A stretch of DNA of 64,000 bases, from positions 5,630 to 69,629 of the forward strand of contig LSNS01000019.1 in assembly GCA_003056205.1 (NCBI GenBank), read 5' to 3'. The position numbers and the translations under genes are program-made. The stretch comes from Parcubacteria group bacterium M6-OD1-4. GTDB lineage: Bacteria; Patescibacteriota; Patescibacteriia; Patescibacteriales; UBA12465. Shown here piece by piece: positions 21,555 through 30,538 of this stretch (position 1 is the first letter of the stretch; each line of letters begins with the position of its first letter). The notes below the pieces were generated by a model. The model did no database searches, had not been told where the DNA came from, and saw nothing but the letters and a program-made list of their open reading frames with translations.

Positions 21555-21717
21555 GCAATTAAATAACAATTAAACTCTAAGAAAACATCTTTATTATAAA
21601 ACAGAATAAAGGTCTTAGCAATTATCAAAATTCAATAACTGACGATTCTAAACCAAGTTAATTAAAGATTCGGGAAAAAATTCCTAAAACAAGCGCTCGG
21701 GGAATAATATTGAAAGT

Positions 21718-23085
21718 TTATTTTTTTGAAGTAGTTTTAACTTTATCTGAAGTTTTAGTATCTTGCGAACTCTGTTGATCACCTTTTTCACTCACAACCG
21801 TCTTTTCGGCGGTAGTACTTTTAGTTTCAGCGACTTTTGATATTTTTGAAGTTTTAGATTTTTTTTCTTCCGAAGAAGTCTTGATTTCCTTAGTTTCTGT
21901 AATTGGAGGTTCCGCCTTTTTACTTTTTTTAGCTGACGACTTAACCTTAACTTTTGAGGAATCAGTTTCGGGAAGATCTTTTTTCTTGGCAGAGACTTTG
22001 GCGGTTGAAAGTTTCAATCCTAAACGGTGTTCACTCGGTGAAATACTGACAATCTCAAAATTATGTAATTCACCAACTTGGAATAAATCAATAATCTTAT
22101 CTTTAACCCCCAAATTTAATTGACTAATATGAGCTAAGCCATGAATTTCTTCATCTAATTTAACAAACAAACCAAAGGGATTGATTTTTAAAATCTGACC
22201 ATTAATTATTTGCCCAATATGGTATTTAGCGCTAGCTTCCATCCAAGGATCTTTTAATAATTTCTTAGCACTCAAGAATACTTTAGCGCCATCAATAGAA
22301 ATAATTACGGCTTTAATTACATCATTTACTTGATACATATCGCTCGGAGAATCAATCCTTTGCCAAGCTAATTCAGAAATATGAATCAAACCTTCGATAT
22401 TTTCTCCAAAAGAAACAAAAACACCAAAATTGGTAATTGCTGTAATATGCCCCTCAACTTCCATGCCGGTCTGATATTTATCAAGAGCAGGCTTTTGTTT
22501 TTTACTCCAAACATCTTTTTCACTAAAAATTATTTTGTTATCTTCTTCATTTAAAGTAATAACAGCAACTTCAAATTCCTGGCCAACAAAAGATTTTAAT
22601 TTTTCTAAAATTTTGCTTTTATCACCCCCAGAAATTCGGGGATAGTTTTCTGGCGCCAATTGCGAAACTGGTAAAAAACCATCAATTTGGCAATAACGAC
22701 TCAATAAACCACCCTTATTAGCATCAACAATTTTAACTTTAATAGTTGTTTTATCTTTAAAGGCCTGTTGTAATTCATCCCAAGCTTTTTCCTGACCGAC
22801 CAAACGAAAAGATAATTCTAATTCACCTTTTTCATTATCAGCGTCAATCACTGCTGCTTCAATTTCATCGCCTGGTTTCAAGCTAGAAAATTCTTCAACT
22901 TCATTATAAAGTTCTGGACCACGGATAATACCCATTAAAACTCCAGCAACATCCAATTTAACTTCCGATTTAGAGGCGGCAACCACCGTCCCTTTCACAA
23001 TATCACCAACCTGGGGAATTTTAATATCGTCCTTGTTTAATAATTTTTCAAACTCACTAGTTTCTTCAGTTTTTTTATCTTCCAT
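21718..23085 (-). CDS. rpsA: 30S ribosomal protein S1 (4 S1 domains plus K/S/T-rich tail)
   Basis: Repeated S1 motifs (FGVFV, GLIHISEL); start likely MEDKK at 23085. Confidence 0.9.
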   Translation of the reverse strand: MEDKKTEETSEFEKLLNKDDIKIPQVGDIVKGTVVAASKSEVKLDVAGVLMGIIRGPELYNEVEEFSSLKPGDEIEAAVIDADNEKGELELSFRLVGQEKAWDELQQAFKDKTTIKVKIVDANKGGLLSRYCQIDGFLPVSQLAPENYPRISGGDKSKILEKLKSFVGQEFEVAVITLNEEDNKIIFSEKDVWSKKQKPALDKYQTGMEVEGHITAITNFGVFVSFGENIEGLIHISELAWQRIDSPSDMYQVNDVIKAVIISIDGAKVFLSAKKLLKDPWMEASAKYHIGQIINGQILKINPFGLFVKLDEEIHGLAHISQLNLGVKDKIIDLFQVGELHNFEIVSISPSEHRLGLKLSTAKVSAKKKDLPETDSSKVKVKSSAKKSKKAEPPITETKEIKTSSEEKKSKTSKISKVAETKSTTAEKTVVSEKGDQQSSQDTKTSDKVKTTSKK

Positions 23086-23311
23086 ATATTTAAGTTTTTT
23101 ATTGCGTACAATAAAAAAAAGTTCTTTAACTTGATTAAACATCAAGCCCTGCGACCACCTCTAGTCTATTTTAGTAGACTATCTAATCCGCAAGTTTTAT
23201 TAAAGGTGTTATTAATTTATAACAATTATAGTATAAATAAAAAAATCAGAACTGTCAAACTAAGAATTATATGTTATACTAATGATAAGATAAAAAATAA
23301 TTACTAGATTT

Positions 23312-24124
23312 ATGACAAAAATCATCAAAAATTTATTAGGTTTAGCCTTAATGATTTCCGTATTAATTTTAGCCTATGCGGGTTTAAAATATGCTAATTT
23401 CTACAGCAAAATGATTCAACCTTCTTCTTTCCGCAGCTTTTTAGTAACGAGTAATGCGAAAGTTAATAGTCTCCCAGATATTGCTCAATTTAATTTTCAA
23501 GTAATTACTGAAGGGAATAAAAACCTCGTCGCCTTACAAAGCAAAAACACGGAAATAACTAATAAGGTTATTACTTTTTTAAAGGATCAGGGAATATTAA
23601 GCAACAATATTAAAACTCAGTCTTATAATCTTCGTCCTCGTTATCAAAACTCTAATTGTCAGATTTCTAATACTCCCAGTCGTTATTTGGATTCTAAAAT
23701 CAACTTTATTAAACAAACTTGCCCACCACCAAGCATTGTCGGCTATACAGTAACACAGACTATTGCGGTAAAAATCCATAATTTCAATAAAATTGGAAAT
23801 ATTATGAGCGGTCTTAGTAAAAATGGCGCTAATAAAATTAGTTCTCTTTCTTTCAGTATTAATGATTTAAGCAAAGTCCAAACTGAAGCCCGTAACCAAG
23901 CTATTGCTAAAGCTAAAATTAAAGCCGAATCTATTGCTCAAGCTAGTGGCTTTAAATTAGGAAGATTAATAACTATTCGTGAGGGGTCTCCTTACCCAAT
24001 CTACAATTCCTCATTACTCACCGCCAGGTCTGCTGGAGCGACACCTTCTAACCCTAGCCCAATAATCCAACCTGGTTCTCAAGAAATTAATGTTAGCGTC
24101 ACTCTACAATATGAGATTAAGTAA
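23312..24124 (+). CDS. SIMPL/DUF541 domain protein
   Basis: PDIA, IKTQSYNLRP, GYTVTQ, ARNQAIAKAK..A, IQPGSQEI..V. Confidence 0.85.
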   Translation: MTKIIKNLLGLALMISVLILAYAGLKYANFYSKMIQPSSFRSFLVTSNAKVNSLPDIAQFNFQVITEGNKNLVALQSKNTEITNKVITFLKDQGILSNNIKTQSYNLRPRYQNSNCQISNTPSRYLDSKINFIKQTCPPPSIVGYTVTQTIAVKIHNFNKIGNIMSGLSKNGANKISSLSFSINDLSKVQTEARNQAIAKAKIKAESIAQASGFKLGRLITIREGSPYPIYNSSLLTARSAGATPSNPSPIIQPGSQEINVSVTLQYEIK

Positions 24125-24143
24125 CTAAGAAATTAAAAGTTTT

Positions 24144-24177
24144 AAAAAAGGGAGGGACTAATTATAGTCCTTCCCTT
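24144..24177. terminator. Terminator hairpin between convergent genes
   Basis: AAGGGAGGGACTA/TAGTCCTTCCCTT inverted repeat with an A-run (U-tract on the minus strand). Confidence 0.7.
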
Positions 24178-24202
24178 ATCTCTCAAAAACCTAAAAATAT
24201 TT

Positions 24203-24571
24203 CTATTTTTGGTTTTTTTTACATTCATTTATATAATTATTCCAAATTTTTTGCGTGAAAGCCATCCTTCTCTCGAAATCATCTCGCAAACTGGTTTCCC
24301 AGACACGAAACGATTGCTGCGGATGGTGCTTTTTTAGTTCCAGAACATCCTCCATAGAAATCCGGAATTCCTTAACTATTCTAGCTTGATCAGCGAGCAA
24401 TTGCTGTTCGGCATGTTCAATTTTCTTGTTTAAAAAATAGTTCAGCTGTGATTGAACATATTTCTTATTGTTCGCCAACCAATTTTGGATTTTTAGGTTG
24501 TTTCTCTCCATAAAGAGCTCAAGATACTCTTTGTAGTCGGTGATGAATTTTTTGCTTTGTTTTTTTTCCAT
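24203..24571 (-). CDS. Hypothetical protein (orphan-like, helical)
   Basis: 122-aa ORF with its own promoter (TTGACG-17-TAAGAT, 24715-24743) and terminator. Confidence 0.6.
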   Translation of the reverse strand: MEKKQSKKFITDYKEYLELFMERNNLKIQNWLANNKKYVQSQLNYFLNKKIEHAEQQLLADQARIVKEFRISMEDVLELKKHHPQQSFRVWETSLRDDFERRMAFTQKIWNNYINECKKNQK

Positions 24572-24874
24572 TTTCGTTTTTTTTAAAGGTTAATTTTAAT
24601 TTACTTAGGACTAAAACTATCCCCCCCCCTTGAATGACAGAAAGTGTAAATAGATAGGTTTAATACTAAGCAAATTAATCCCTTATTTTTTAAAGAACCA
24701 AATACAGAATGTTTATCTTAATAAATTTAAGCAATTTCGTCAAGTTAATATCTTGGCTTGTAAAGGTGAAATAGAAATGTCCTCCTTGCTAATTTTGCAG
24801 TATAAATACTAAATTTATTTAATTAACTAAAATTTCTAGAGTCATAATGAAAAATTCTTAGAGAATGATTATTT

Positions 24875-25873
24875 TTAAATGATATTTTTTTTATTAGAAA
24901 CAAAGGTAACCGCCTGTTTAATGTCAGTAGTACCCAAAATCCATTGAGTTATTCGGGAAATTCCAAAACCACAACCAGCATGAGGGATACTGCCCTTTTC
25001 CAATTGATTAATATACCAAGCAAAATCTTCTAAAGAACCGCCCATTTTTTCTAAACGTTTGAACATTCGCGAATTCAATAATCTTTTTTTCATTTCTTCT
25101 GCTGAATGCACTCTAGCGGCTGAGCCCACAGCCTCGCCCGCTAAAGGAAGAATTAAATCACTGGATAAAACTCGACCAGGATGTTCGGGATCTGGTAACA
25201 TATTAAAAAATTTTTCTATTTCAATTTCCTGATCATGCTTATACATTGGATCGGGATAATGAGTAATAAATAGGGGTTGCTCACCAAAATATTTAACCAA
25301 AATTGTTTCTTGTTTAGAATTAATATCGTCTCCCCAATTTATATCTTCATTTTTACCTTTTAAAATATCAAGGGCCTCGTCATAAGTAACTTTTGGAAAA
25401 ACTGCTGGACAAGTTGCTAATTGCTTTAAACGCTTGGGGCTGATACCTAAATCTTTATTAACTCCAACTAACGCTAACTGGTGAGCAATGTCGCTAATAT
25501 AAATTTCTATCTCTTTGAGTAGATCACTAAAATTACCAGCAAATTCTATTTCCATCATATAAAACTCAATTAAATGCCGATCGTCTACTTCATTTTCTGC
25601 CCGAAAAGAAGGGCCAGCACAATATACTTTTTTTAAATCTGGCACTAGAGCTTCCAAATAAAGTTGACCAGTCTGGGCTAAATAAGCTTGGTGACCAAAC
25701 CATTTAGTGTTTCCATCAACACCAACCTCAAATAAAGTATTGACATTTTCACAAGCACCAGTAGCACGAACAATGCGAGGTACTACCACTTCGGTATAAC
25801 CACGTTTTTCTAAGCTGGCCCGACCCGCCTTTAAAATCTCGGATACGACCAAAGTACATTTGTTGTTTTCCAT
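24875..25873 (-). CDS. AsnRS-like protein lacking the anticodon-binding domain (archaeal-type asparagine synthetase-like)
   Basis: Class IIb motifs LAQTGQLYLE, PSFRAE, RHLIEF, PHAGCGFGISR; no N-terminal OB fold. Confidence 0.8.
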   Translation of the reverse strand: MENNKCTLVVSEILKAGRASLEKRGYTEVVVPRIVRATGACENVNTLFEVGVDGNTKWFGHQAYLAQTGQLYLEALVPDLKKVYCAGPSFRAENEVDDRHLIEFYMMEIEFAGNFSDLLKEIEIYISDIAHQLALVGVNKDLGISPKRLKQLATCPAVFPKVTYDEALDILKGKNEDINWGDDINSKQETILVKYFGEQPLFITHYPDPMYKHDQEIEIEKFFNMLPDPEHPGRVLSSDLILPLAGEAVGSAARVHSAEEMKKRLLNSRMFKRLEKMGGSLEDFAWYINQLEKGSIPHAGCGFGISRITQWILGTTDIKQAVTFVSNKKNII

Positions 25874-25893
25874 AATTTATTTAGTTAATAATT

Positions 25894-25919
25894 AAAAAAA
25901 AACCGTCCAAGTGGACGGA
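25894..25919 (-). terminator. Attenuator-type terminator just upstream of the AsnRS-like gene
   Basis: CCGUCCA-CU-UGGACGG followed by U9, about 20 nt before the ATG. Confidence 0.75.
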
Positions 25920-25936
25920 TTAATAAATATAATTTT

Positions 25937-25978
25937 TTAAAAAAATAACCTCCTAAATATGAGATTATTCTCCAACAT
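25937..25978 (-). CDS. Putative leader peptide MLENNLIFRRLFF
   Basis: 13 codons with tandem AAT AAT; lies between a TTGACA-16-TATTAT promoter (26030-26057) and the terminator. Confidence 0.5.
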   Translation of the reverse strand: MLENNLIFRRLFF

Positions 25979-26168
25979 ATCTCTTTAAATTTGAAATAAT
26001 AAAATAATTTATTTAACATGTTACTAATAATAATACTCCATTAACAAATTATGTCAATTAAATTTTTTCTAACTATTAAATTAACTAGTTTTTGTTGTCA
26101 TGTTTTTAAAAAGTACAAAAACACTTTTACTAATAGTGAATTTAGAATTTATTTAAAAATATAGTAAA

Positions 26169-26573
26169 TTATTTTTTATGACGGTGGACCTGATAGATTT
26201 GCTTTGATTTTCTGGTAATTGCTAATAAAGTTAAAACTGCAATATAAGAAGAAACTACAGCTGCTGGTAGATGATAAGACATCTGGAGAGCATAATCAAT
26301 AACGACTAAAGAAATTATCAAAATAGTCCAAATAATAACAAATATTTCCCCAGGATGTTGCCGATGATGATTGTTATACCAACGCTCAAATTCTTTATCG
26401 CTGACATAAACCGTTAAGACTCCGATATAAATCATGGCGACAATATTCAAAAGATTAATCGCTGAATTATTGGTCAAAAAATCATAAATAATAATAAGAA
26501 AAAAAACAATCGTCCAAGAGTTTATTAAATAACGCCAAATATTAAACGTGACAGAAGTTTTCTTTTTATTCAT
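26169..26573 (-). CDS. Small membrane protein (about 4 TM)
   Basis: Hydrophobic helices separated by a KEFERW...HPGE loop. Confidence 0.7.
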   Translation of the reverse strand: MNKKKTSVTFNIWRYLINSWTIVFFLIIIYDFLTNNSAINLLNIVAMIYIGVLTVYVSDKEFERWYNNHHRQHPGEIFVIIWTILIISLVVIDYALQMSYHLPAAVVSSYIAVLTLLAITRKSKQIYQVHRHKK

Positions 26574-26578
26574 AAAAA

Positions 26579-27034
26579 TTAATTTTGAACTACTTTATTT
26601 TCTAACAATTTATAAGACAAATCGATATCTAAAGGCAGATTGGCGACAACGATAAATTTGTTCTTATCTTTTTGAGATATTCTAAAATAATAGCGTCCAC
26701 TTTTGGTAACCGGCAAGCCTTGAACATTCGTGCGATTGCGGAATCTTTTAACACCCGCTTTAATCTGAAGAGTGTTCTGAAACTCATTAAGAACCGTCCC
26801 TTGAGGATCAAGTAATTCTCCTTTAATCTCTAAAGAAGTGTCTTGGCTAAAATTCTCAATAGACCAAAAACTAACTATCTGAAAATTAACCGGAATTATC
26901 AATTTTTCAGTTTTAGATACTTGTGTTTCATCAATAACTAATTTTAATTCTTCCAAACAACTAAAAATACTAAGAAGATTAGTTTCAAAATCTATTGACG
27001 ACTTCTCACAAATGATTGACCAAATATGTTTCAT
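26579..27034 (-). CDS. Hypothetical beta-rich protein (DUF6941-like)
   Basis: WSIICEKSSID..TNLLSIF ... G.Y.F.I pattern. Confidence 0.6.
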   Translation of the reverse strand: MKHIWSIICEKSSIDFETNLLSIFSCLEELKLVIDETQVSKTEKLIIPVNFQIVSFWSIENFSQDTSLEIKGELLDPQGTVLNEFQNTLQIKAGVKRFRNRTNVQGLPVTKSGRYYFRISQKDKNKFIVVANLPLDIDLSYKLLENKVVQN

Positions 27035-27089
27035 ATATTTATGTTTAACTTAATAAATTAACAAGTAATGATTGGCAAAAAATCTATAA

Positions 27090-27887
27090 TTAATTCGGCC
27101 AAGTTTTAAAATATGGATGGAATAAACGGTAACCATCCTTTTTATTTAATTCCGCTTGAATAAATTCTTGTTGAATTTCAATTTCGAGAGCATTAAGTGC
27201 AGTGCGTCCTTGACGAGCTTTTTTGTTAAATCACCAGACCCCCAAATTTCTTTTGTAGATAGGAACTTTAAAGATTTTAGCATACGTTGGTATTTTATAT
27301 ACTAACATGCCCAGCTCTTTATTTTCAATCAACAACCACTGGCCAAAGAATAGTCTCGGAAATATCTGAACAATAAATAGACTACAGAGAAGCTTCTGAC
27401 GATAATTATATTTTTCCAGAATGTATTTAGAAAAAGATAAATAATGTCGCCGTTCTTTTCCCCGAGCTTTAGTCCAATGCCATTGCTGTTCAATATTTTT
27501 ATCAAGAAGACGAAGTCCAGAAATAAAGAGTTCATTCTTCTGAAGTTTAGGAAATTGCTTCTTAATATTTCCAAGCACCAAAACATCCCACTGAATAACG
27601 ACAACACTATCCCATCCTGATAATTGACGACCTTGATTCTGATACCAATCCAAGATAAGCAGATCACCATTTATCCACTTCCAAGAACGTGCTTGTCCAG
27701 AAAGCGAACTAAGATAAAATTTATCTAAATATTTATTTAGTTTAGTTCGATATAATTTGGCTTGCTTCTGGTCGCCACCATAAAGACCAAATATTTTAAT
27801 ATGGGGATTATGTTTCTTAATCAATTTCAAGTGATTTAAACAAACCTCTGGTTCTTTATAAAACCAAAATAAAACAGCTAATTTCAT
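27090..27887 (-). pseudogene. Hypothetical, possibly glycosyltransferase-like gene interrupted by an in-frame TGA at 27231-27233
   Basis: Frame stays open for 46 more codons after TGA, ending ..YRLFHPYFKTWPN-TAA. Confidence 0.6.
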
Positions 27888-28153
27888 TTTTATATTATAA
27901 CACAAAAACAACTTGCTAGATTGTATAACGCAAAACAATAAAGGGAACAGTCCACTCGCTCCAATAGAGCGCCAACAAAGGAATTACAAAATTCTAAAAT
28001 AAAATCTTGTTTATTTAAAGAAATTAGCTTTAAGCAACAAATTAAAAATTGTTAAAAAAGAAAAAAAATGGAATTCTTCCGATTTGAGCCACAAAGTAGA
28101 TAGTAGTCAAAGCTCTTTTAAGATTAGATTATTGAAAGAAGTGGCTCAGTCCA

Positions 28154-28726
28154 TTAAAATAGAGTTGAATTAATTAACTTATCTAATTTTTTGTTATTAA
28201 ACTTTTTTAAATATCTTTTTACTTTTTCTTTGTCCAACAAACCTAGATTCATCTCTTTTGGGTCAAAATGTCCATATCCATTTAGAGATAGGTATGCTAA
28301 ATCTAAAAAGGCTTTTTCTGGTTCCGCTATCAAATAATCATCTTTTCTTATATATCCCCAAAAAAGATCACTTTTAATATGTCTATAAACAATGGGGTAA
28401 TTATGAATGTTAATATCTTTTTTTCTTTTATTCGTTGCTAAAGTAAGGCTAACTGTTTGCTGACTAAGAATATTGTAATAATTAAGAACTGATTCAAAAG
28501 ACACATAACTAGGACTATAAATATTAACAGCTAAATTCTCCCAAGAAATATTATTAATATTCTTAGTATATAAACCATTAACAAGCTTAATAATTTCTCC
28601 AGTTTTTACAGCTCGACTTATGGCGACCTTAAGACTAGCCTTCTCTAAACTACTAATTTTAGACAAATCTTTTAGGGAAAAATATGTTTTAGGAATATTA
28701 TTTATTTCTTTCAATAACTTGCTCAT
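28154..28726 (-). CDS. Type IV TA antitoxin, AbiEi-like
   Basis: N-terminal wHTH (GEIIKLVNGLY), PSYVSFESVL.YY, IAEPEKAFLD. Confidence 0.82.
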   Translation of the reverse strand: MSKLLKEINNIPKTYFSLKDLSKISSLEKASLKVAISRAVKTGEIIKLVNGLYTKNINNISWENLAVNIYSPSYVSFESVLNYYNILSQQTVSLTLATNKRKKDINIHNYPIVYRHIKSDLFWGYIRKDDYLIAEPEKAFLDLAYLSLNGYGHFDPKEMNLGLLDKEKVKRYLKKFNNKKLDKLINSTLF

Positions 28727-29390
28727 ATAATTGTTTAATTATTGGATAATACTTGGGTGGAAGAAAAACTTGCAATTCATTCTTGAAGGCTCTTTCTTTA
28801 AAATTTGGAGTTGCTAAGGGTAAACTAAAATTAACACGAAGAGATTGTGATATATACCAAAGATCAAAAATATCTCTAGCTTTTTTTCTTTGAGCAATAG
28901 CATCTTCTTTTAATGTTTTCAAATTTTCAAGGGTTGGAACTAAGAGCAAGGGGCTTAAAATACTAACCGGACTTTTAATTAAATTTAAATTAATATTTAA
29001 ATTAACTTTTTTAGCTGGTTTATGTATCTCTATCTTCAAAGAAAAAGGGTGCTTCAACTTTTCATCATTTATTTTTAATAAAGCAAAAATTGTCTGTCTT
29101 TTGTCTTTTATATCACTTAATTTCCAACCTTGTTGTTCGCTTAAATCCTCAATAAATTCCTTAAATTCAGTAAAACTAACTCTTTTTATTTCAATTAGGT
29201 CTATATCTTCTGAAAATCTAGGAGAATCATAGACTAAGCGAAGCGCCGTTCCTCCATAGAAGACAACTTTAGAACTCAAATCATTTTGAGCTAATTCATT
29301 TAAAAAAATCATTTCAATTTCTTCACGAATAATTTTATCAATGGAAATTTTTAAATCTCTCTTATATTGTTCTAATTGTTCTAAATTCAT
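28698..29390 (-). CDS. Type IV TA toxin, AbiEii/AbiGii nucleotidyltransferase
   Basis: FYGGTALRLVY..PRFSEDIDL, KIE, RKKARDIFDLW. Confidence 0.9.
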   Translation of the reverse strand: MNLEQLEQYKRDLKISIDKIIREEIEMIFLNELAQNDLSSKVVFYGGTALRLVYDSPRFSEDIDLIEIKRVSFTEFKEFIEDLSEQQGWKLSDIKDKRQTIFALLKINDEKLKHPFSLKIEIHKPAKKVNLNINLNLIKSPVSILSPLLLVPTLENLKTLKEDAIAQRKKARDIFDLWYISQSLRVNFSLPLATPNFKERAFKNELQVFLPPKYYPIIKQLYEQVIERNK

Positions 29391-29398
29391 AGATGTAG

Positions 29399-29452
29399 TA
29401 TAGTTAACATTTATGCTAATTATATTGTATCATTAGATATAAATAATTGCAA
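29399..29452 (-). promoter_or_regulatory. TA promoter and inverted-repeat operator
   Basis: TTGCAA-17-TACAAT (29424-29452); imperfect 12-bp IR TATAGTTAACAT-tt-ATGCTAATTATA (29399-29424). Confidence 0.6.
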
Positions 29453-29497
29453 GTTCTCCAAAAAACAGCCCCTATTGGGACTGCTTTTCCTGTTATG

Positions 29498-29569
29498 AGC
29501 GGGTAACGGGAATCGAACCCGTCTCTCGACCTTGGCAAGGTCGCATAATAGCCACTATACGATACCCGC
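29498..29569 (-). tRNA. tRNA-Gly(GCC)
   Basis: Cloverleaf; CGACC-TT GCC AA-GGTCG. Confidence 0.93.
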
Positions 29570-29586
29570 GATTATTCTACTTTAAG

Positions 29587-29670
29587 TGCCGCGGGCGGGA
29601 ATCGAACCCGCACTGTATTACTACAACTGGATTTTAAGTCCAGCGCGTCTACCAGTTCCGCCACCGCGGC
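29587..29670 (-). tRNA. tRNA-Leu(UAA)
   Basis: Long variable arm; CTGGA-CT TAA AA-TCCAG. Confidence 0.93.
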
Positions 29671-29699
29671 TAATTTTATTATCAATAATTCAAACTTAG

Positions 29700-30080
29700 T
29701 GGAGATGATGGGACTTGAACCCATGTCCAACTGGTTTATCTAAATACATTTACAAAAATAGTTCAATTTAGGGTTTTAACTTTAATCATCAAAACTGAAC
29801 GAAAAGCAATTAAAGCGATCTCTCTATTATTTCCATGTTTTTCGGAAAGAACAAAAAACATTTATCTTCATCTTTATGACACCAGTAAAACGCTTATGAA
29901 GACTTGGCGTTGCTGATGGTTAAGGCTTTATGTATTAAGCCATAACTGGAGCATAGCTCGGAGTTAACCAAGTGAATGCTCGTGCCGTTTTGGCAGTTGT
30001 ATTTTTTAATCAGTTTAGCGTGATAATTAGCACGTTTTGAATATTTAGCTAAAATCCGGCTGTCGATACCTGACATCCCC
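29700..30080 (-). ncRNA. ssrA: tmRNA
   Basis: 5' GGGGAUG pairs with 3' CAUCUCC(A) with G3-U70; T arm GGUUCAAGUCC; tag ORF AKTARAFTWLTPSYAPVMA* (29935-29994); follows smpB. Confidence 0.93.
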
Positions 30081-30538
30081 TAGCTTCTTTTTGTTAAAGA
30101 TCGCAAACGACGTTCAACTTCTCGTTTTCTAATACTGTCTCGTTTATCATATTTCTTTTTTCCACGAGCTACGGCAAATTCTAGCTTTAAAAAACTATGC
30201 TTAGTATATATTTTGAGAGGGATTAATGTCAAGCCCTCGGTTTTTATTTTACCTAATAAATGTTTAATTTCCGCTTGTTTTAAAAGTAATTTTCGGTCTC
30301 GTTTTTGATTATAGTTTGGTAGTAAACCGGCATGTTTGTAGGGAGCAATTTGGCAAGAAATTAAATATAATTCTGTTTTACCATTAATAGTTCGCAAAGA
30401 AATGAAGCTTCCTTTCAGACTAGCCCGTCCATCACGGATTGCCTTAACTTCATGTCCATACAAAACTAAACCGGCCTCATATTTTTCTAAGAGTTCATAA
30501 TCAAAATTAGCTTTTCTGTTTTGGGCTAATTGGGGCAT
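30080..30538 (-). CDS. smpB: SsrA-binding protein
   Basis: NRKANFDY, EAGLVLYGHEVKAIR, RKLLL, GKKKYDKR. Confidence 0.97.
   Translation of the reverse strand: MPQLAQNRKANFDYELLEKYEAGLVLYGHEVKAIRDGRASLKGSFISLRTINGKTELYLISCQIAPYKHAGLLPNYNQKRDRKLLLKQAEIKHLLGKIKTEGLTLIPLKIYTKHSFLKLEFAVARGKKKYDKRDSIRKREVERRLRSLTKRS

Noticed and set aside
25885..26019. Alternative 44-aa ORF (MLNKLFYY...) upstream of the AsnRS-like gene
   Set aside because: Runs through the terminator and is AT-rich low-complexity; the 13-codon Asn-Asn ORF fits attenuator geometry better, though this one is not fully excluded
27231..27233. TGA as evidence of genetic code 25 or selenocysteine
   Set aside because: All conserved genes translate uninterrupted under code 11; no SECIS-like hairpin or redox-Cys context is evident
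24200..29497. Integrated element at tRNA-Gly
   Set aside because: No integrase or transposase, and no duplicated tRNA 3' end found by eye
29894..30076. 60-aa ORF
   Set aside because: Lies inside tmRNA; the functional reading frame is the tag peptide in another frame
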